This document shows, piece by piece, positions 60,404 to 64,000 of a stretch of 64,000 nucleotides of DNA (the first letter of the stretch is position 1; each line of letters opens with the position of its first letter). The notes beneath the pieces were generated by a model, which ran no database searches, had not been told where the DNA came from, and saw only the letters and a program-made list of their open reading frames with translations. This stretch comes from Leptolyngbyaceae cyanobacterium (lineage in GTDB: Bacteria > Cyanobacteriota > Cyanobacteriia > Phormidesmidales > Phormidesmidaceae), in assembly GCA_965263355.1 (NCBI GenBank), contig CBDHHL010000032.1:2496001-2560000 (forward strand), in the 5' to 3' direction. A program made the translations under genes and the position numbers.

Positions 60404-61642
60404 CTAATCGGTGATAGCAATTACACCGGTTTGATTGGCCCAAGATGGCACATTCTCATTAGTGGCTGCCCAAGAGCCTGTGCCAGTAGAGAACAATACA
60501 GGCACCGTATTCCAGGGACCGCCCGGACGATGGAAGGCAATGTCTGTGTGGTAATCTGCGTTAAAGTCGCCTGAAATCGCCACCACACCAGGCTGATTCG
60601 CCCAACTGGGGGCACTATTGTTAGCACTAAACCAAGAGCCAGTACCATTAGCGAGTAACACAGGTACCGTATTCCAGGGACCGCCTGGACGATGGAAGGC
60701 AATATCTGTGTAATCATCTGAGTTAAAGTCACCTGAAATCGCTACCACATCAGGTTGATTCGCCCAGCTGGGGACATTTCTGTTGGCACTAGCCCAAGAG
60801 CCATTGCCGTTAGAAAATAATATAGGCACCGTATTCCAGGGGCCGCCTGGACGATGAAAGGCAATATCTGTGCGCTCATCCCCATTGAAATCTCCTGGAA
60901 TGGCAATCACATCCTGCTGATTTGCCCAGCTAGGGGCGCTTTGGTTAGCATCGGTCCAAGAGCCATTACCATTAGATAGCAATACAGGCACCGTATTCCA
61001 GGGACCGCCAGGACGATGAAAGGCAATATCTGTGCGCTCATCCCCATTGAAATCTCCTGGAATGGCAATCACATCCTGCTGATTTGCCCAGCTGGGGGCA
61101 TTCAAGTTAAACGTAGTCCAAGAGCCATTACCATTGGACAGTAACACAGGCACCGTATTCCAGGGGCCGCCTGGACGATGAAAGGCAATATCTGTGCGCT
61201 CATCCCCATTGAAATCTCCTGGAATGGCAATCACGCCAGGCTGATTCGCCCAGCTAGGGGCATTCTGATTAGTGCTAGTCCACGATCCGTTGCCATTAGC
61301 AAACAATACAGGCACCGTATTCCAGGGACCGCCTGGACGATGAAAGGCAATATCCTCACGACCATTTCCATCGAAATCTCCTGAAATCGAAATAACCCCC
61401 GGTTGATTGGCCCAAGATGGCACATTCTCATTCGCACTAGTCCAAGAGCCGTTGCCATTAGCAAATAATACAGGCACCGTATTCCAGGGACCGCCTGGAC
61501 GATGAAAGGCAATATCTGCCAGCTGGTTATTATCATAACTTGTATCAGCAAATGCTGGCGTTGAGTCGGTTGCAGTATAGGCCGGAAGCATAAGCAACAT
61601 CAAGCAAACGCGCCGAAACCGCTGAAGGTAGTTCACCATCAT
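60404..61642 (-). CDS. Secreted FG-GAP/VCBS 7-repeat beta-propeller (lectin-like)
   Basis: Signal peptide, then 7 x 54-aa repeats DIAFHRPGGPWNTVP...GDFNGD. Confidence 0.88.
   Translation of the reverse strand: MMVNYLQRFRRVCLMLLMLPAYTATDSTPAFADTSYDNNQLADIAFHRPGGPWNTVPVLFANGNGSWTSANENVPSWANQPGVISISGDFDGNGREDIAFHRPGGPWNTVPVLFANGNGSWTSTNQNAPSWANQPGVIAIPGDFNGDERTDIAFHRPGGPWNTVPVLLSNGNGSWTTFNLNAPSWANQQDVIAIPGDFNGDERTDIAFHRPGGPWNTVPVLLSNGNGSWTDANQSAPSWANQQDVIAIPGDFNGDERTDIAFHRPGGPWNTVPILFSNGNGSWASANRNVPSWANQPDVVAISGDFNSDDYTDIAFHRPGGPWNTVPVLLANGTGSWFSANNSAPSWANQPGVVAISGDFNADYHTDIAFHRPGGPWNTVPVLFSTGTGSWAATNENVPSWANQTGVIAITD
60410..61520. repeat. Intragenic tandem repeat, 7 x 162 bp
   Basis: ACCGTATTCCAGGG.CCGCC.GGACGATG.AAGGCAAT recurs every 162 nt. 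Confidence 0.95.
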
Positions 61643-61852
61643 TCAAATCCCCTTTTTTGAAAGTTGTAGACAGATTGAGTAAGATCGCCATAATGCTTAC
61701 TCTTTAGTGCTGAAACCGTTGTTGACAAAAAATACGCTGTTTCTATACTTTTCAGCGAATGGGCATTGTTTCTCTCCTGATCAAGGGTGACGGAGAGCAG
61801 CAACCGGCAAATGTATTGTAAAAATCATCTGCTATTGGGTTGCCCATAGTAG

Positions 61853-61900
61853 TCTCAAAAAATCAGGAGAAAGAATCTGCAATCGTTCAACTTATTTACA
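61853..61900 (-). promoter_or_regulatory. Shared upstream motif, copy 3
   Basis: Minus strand TGTAAA-taagttgaacgat-TGCAGATT-ctttctc-CTGATTTTTTGAGA. Confidence 0.65.
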
Positions 61901-61929
61901 TAGGTTTACATTTACTCGAATAAGCGTAT

Positions 61930-61971
61930 AAAAGAGCGCACCATCGACCGATACATCGGTCGATGGTGCGT
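61930..61971 (-). terminator. Intrinsic terminator after DUF928
   Basis: Perfect 16-bp arms CGCACCATCGACCGAT/ATCGGTCGATGGTGCG, followed by CTCTTTT on the minus strand. Confidence 0.7.
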
Positions 61972-61995
61972 TGAGTTATTTTGTTAGTTAAACAC

Positions 61996-62733
61996 TCACT
62001 CTTCTAGGGGAAGAACTGCACCTGAAAAGGTCATCGTGGTTAAGTCGTCCGCCTGAATAGACTGTAACAGTGAGCGCCAGTGCTCTTGTAATTGAGGATC
62101 TTGTGGAGATTCTTGTAAGCGTTTTGCGACCAAAGCCAAGGTGTCGTACCAGATCTCTGGTGAGGGTGATTGAATCTGTGGCGATTGTACTGATGTCGGT
62201 GCCACCCGCTGGACTGCACCATCAAGGGTTAAGTCAGGCTGAGCGTCTGGATTATCTTTACAGTGAATCTGAAAATACCAACGATAGGGTTGATCTTCCT
62301 TAAGGGCATATTCTGGGAGACCAGGTAAGGTGATGCTGACAATGCCAGGGGAGTCAGGTAGAGTGAATCGGGTACTATAGTGGCGTTGTTCTTCTCCTGG
62401 CCAGGGGAGTAAGGAGAATTCTCCATAGTCTATTTGCCCTGCGCCAAACGGGCTAAAAAATAAAAAGGTGGGATGGGCTTCTGTTGTACGTACAGGGTTT
62501 TCAACAGGAATAAGGGCTCTCAATGTTTCACCGACTTCATTACAGGATGAGTCTGTGGGATTTAGGCCACCACCAGGGGTGGTACGATTGGGGGGAAGAG
62601 GTGTCTGCGGAGGTTCCGGGGGGCGTTGGCTGATGATTTCTTGAGCAATTGACTCAGCCAAGCCGATTTTGGGAAGAATAGCCCAACTTCCTAAAAATAA
62701 GCTCGATAAAATAGCAAGTTTCCAAGCAATCAT
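61996..62733 (-). CDS. DUF928 domain protein
   Basis: Signal peptide, Pro-rich PPNRTTPGGG, C....L.ALIP, HPTFLFFSP, Y.WYFQI.C, IWYD, W.SLL. Confidence 0.85.
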   Translation of the reverse strand: MIAWKLAILSSLFLGSWAILPKIGLAESIAQEIISQRPPEPPQTPLPPNRTTPGGGLNPTDSSCNEVGETLRALIPVENPVRTTEAHPTFLFFSPFGAGQIDYGEFSLLPWPGEEQRHYSTRFTLPDSPGIVSITLPGLPEYALKEDQPYRWYFQIHCKDNPDAQPDLTLDGAVQRVAPTSVQSPQIQSPSPEIWYDTLALVAKRLQESPQDPQLQEHWRSLLQSIQADDLTTMTFSGAVLPLEE

Positions 62734-62761
62734 GATTAAGTCTGAGAGGCAACAGAACAGA

Positions 62762-64000
62762 TTACGGAGTAGGCATTAGTGTTCTCATGATAGCCACACA
62801 GCTGACTGCTAAAAATACGGAAAAAATTGCAGGAACTACAGGAAGCCAAAGCCCTTGTGTCAGAGCGACAACAGATACTTCTGTAAGCCCCCAAGTTATA
62901 CCTATCATTGCAGATATTAGCCCTAGAAAGACACCTAATTTGGTAATTCGTGTCTGGCAAAGATATAGCCCACTAGCAACGATGCTGCTGATTAAACTCC
63001 ATCCTAAAATCCAGAGAGCAACTGCCCAGGGTAGGATAGGCCCATGGGGTAGTTGATTAATCAGTGGTCGTTGGTCTAACACTGCACTTAGCAACTGACT
63101 AACCATATGAGCATGGACCCAAACTCCGGGCATTTCGCCATAGGGGGTCTGGACGCTGTCCCTGGATACGGGGGCTGAATAGCCAATTAATACGAGGCGA
63201 TCGCGCACCATGTCCGGACTGAGTTGCCCCATTAGCACCGACTGAAGTGAAACAACCTGCCCCGGCTGGGCGGCACGGTAGTTCACCATGATCTGGCTAC
63301 TGAGACCGTCCAAATTTTGATAGGCTCCAAATCGATGGGATAAGGGACGAAAAACAGTTTCGCCAAACTGCCAGTGGTCGTCTTCTGTAATTGTTAGGGG
63401 GGTGACTTTCGCCTGGTCTAGAAAACGGTATGCTAGCTGAAAACTCAAGCTGTAAGGAGTGGCACAGTTGGACTGGTTGGCCACCAGATTGGGTGCATAG
63501 GAAAGCAGTTGGCGACGGACCACTCCCCTGGAAGGAAATAGGGTCGTTTCTGTTGACAACGTACCGGGCATGCCCATAGATGACTGTTGGAATCTCTGAT
63601 CCAATAACAAATTACTAAATCCTACCTGCCCAATTTGTTGGTCGTCTGATAGTTCTGGGGGCGACCCATAGTCTTCGGCTTCATGCCCATAAAAACAAAT
63701 GGTAAACAGACTAGGATGCTGGTGAAACTGATCGATCAGTTGTTCACGCCCGTTGCCTCTGGGTCGAAAGCGATGCATATCCAGGGCGATCGCAACTGGC
63801 TCAAATTGCTGTAATGCCTCCACTGCCTGGACCAGGACGTTATCAGAGAGGGGATAGCCCCCCAACTCATCGAGATCGCTCTGACTAACTTCCACGACCA
63901 AAATGCGGGAATCTATCACCTCGGCGGGGCGCGATCGCAACAAATGATCATAGGCCGCCAGTTCAAACGGTTGTAAAAGTCCTAAATATTGGACACACAG
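62762..64000 (-). CDS. CHASE2 domain membrane protein (5' end outside window; no C-terminal output domain)
   Basis: Frame is open to base 64000 (LCVQYLGLLQPFELAAYDHLLRSRP). IALDMHR, VVRRQLL, MPGVWVHA, 3 TM, then stop. Confidence 0.9.
   Translation of the reverse strand: MCVQYLGLLQPFELAAYDHLLRSRPAEVIDSRILVVEVSQSDLDELGGYPLSDNVLVQAVEALQQFEPVAIALDMHRFRPRGNGREQLIDQFHQHPSLFTICFYGHEAEDYGSPPELSDDQQIGQVGFSNLLLDQRFQQSSMGMPGTLSTETTLFPSRGVVRRQLLSYAPNLVANQSNCATPYSLSFQLAYRFLDQAKVTPLTITEDDHWQFGETVFRPLSHRFGAYQNLDGLSSQIMVNYRAAQPGQVVSLQSVLMGQLSPDMVRDRLVLIGYSAPVSRDSVQTPYGEMPGVWVHAHMVSQLLSAVLDQRPLINQLPHGPILPWAVALWILGWSLISSIVASGLYLCQTRITKLGVFLGLISAMIGITWGLTEVSVVALTQGLWLPVVPAIFSVFLAVSCVAIMRTLMPTP

Noticed and set aside
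60410..61520. Regularly spaced near-identical repeats resembling a CRISPR array
   Set aside because: The period is 162 nt and in frame, the intervening sequence is also homologous, it encodes propeller blades, and no cas genes are present.

Overview
Chromosomal window of a cyanobacterium: about 20 HIP1 GCGATCGC octamers, a canonical NtcA-type promoter, and CHAT/CHASE2/DUF928/PEP-CTERM genes. The gene content suggests a filamentous Leptolyngbya-like strain, which is an inference. Four blocks are visible. (1) 1-10 kb: an amino-group scavenging cluster (ald, YdfG/IsfD-like SDR, TauE exporter, class III omega-aminotransferase, AGCS symporter, DMT, Usp). It reads as a taurine (or beta-alanine) nitrogen-assimilation pathway, with an NtcA box, a structured intergenic segment and nested miniature repeats. 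(2) 10-21 kb: mixed housekeeping and decaying genes (GPx, hybrid kinase, pseudogenes). (3) 21-32.5 kb: an uncharacterised catabolic cluster (DUF1838, a very divergent AcnA-type aconitase, AbrB membrane protein, cyclic amidohydrolase, nitrilase-fold protein, ALDH, DUF3598-like protein, alpha/beta hydrolase, Rid, cupin remnant), in which several enzymes have non-canonical catalytic residues. (4) 32.6-64 kb: two copies of an FHA-like + exported TPR-CHAT protease + DUF928 + CHASE2 receptor module, interleaved with secreted proteins (two zinc proteases, an RTX protein, a 7-repeat propeller). Three of these secreted genes share a ~50-bp upstream motif. No rRNA, tRNA, CRISPR array or transposase was recognised. 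All family calls come from motif recognition by eye; no searches were run.
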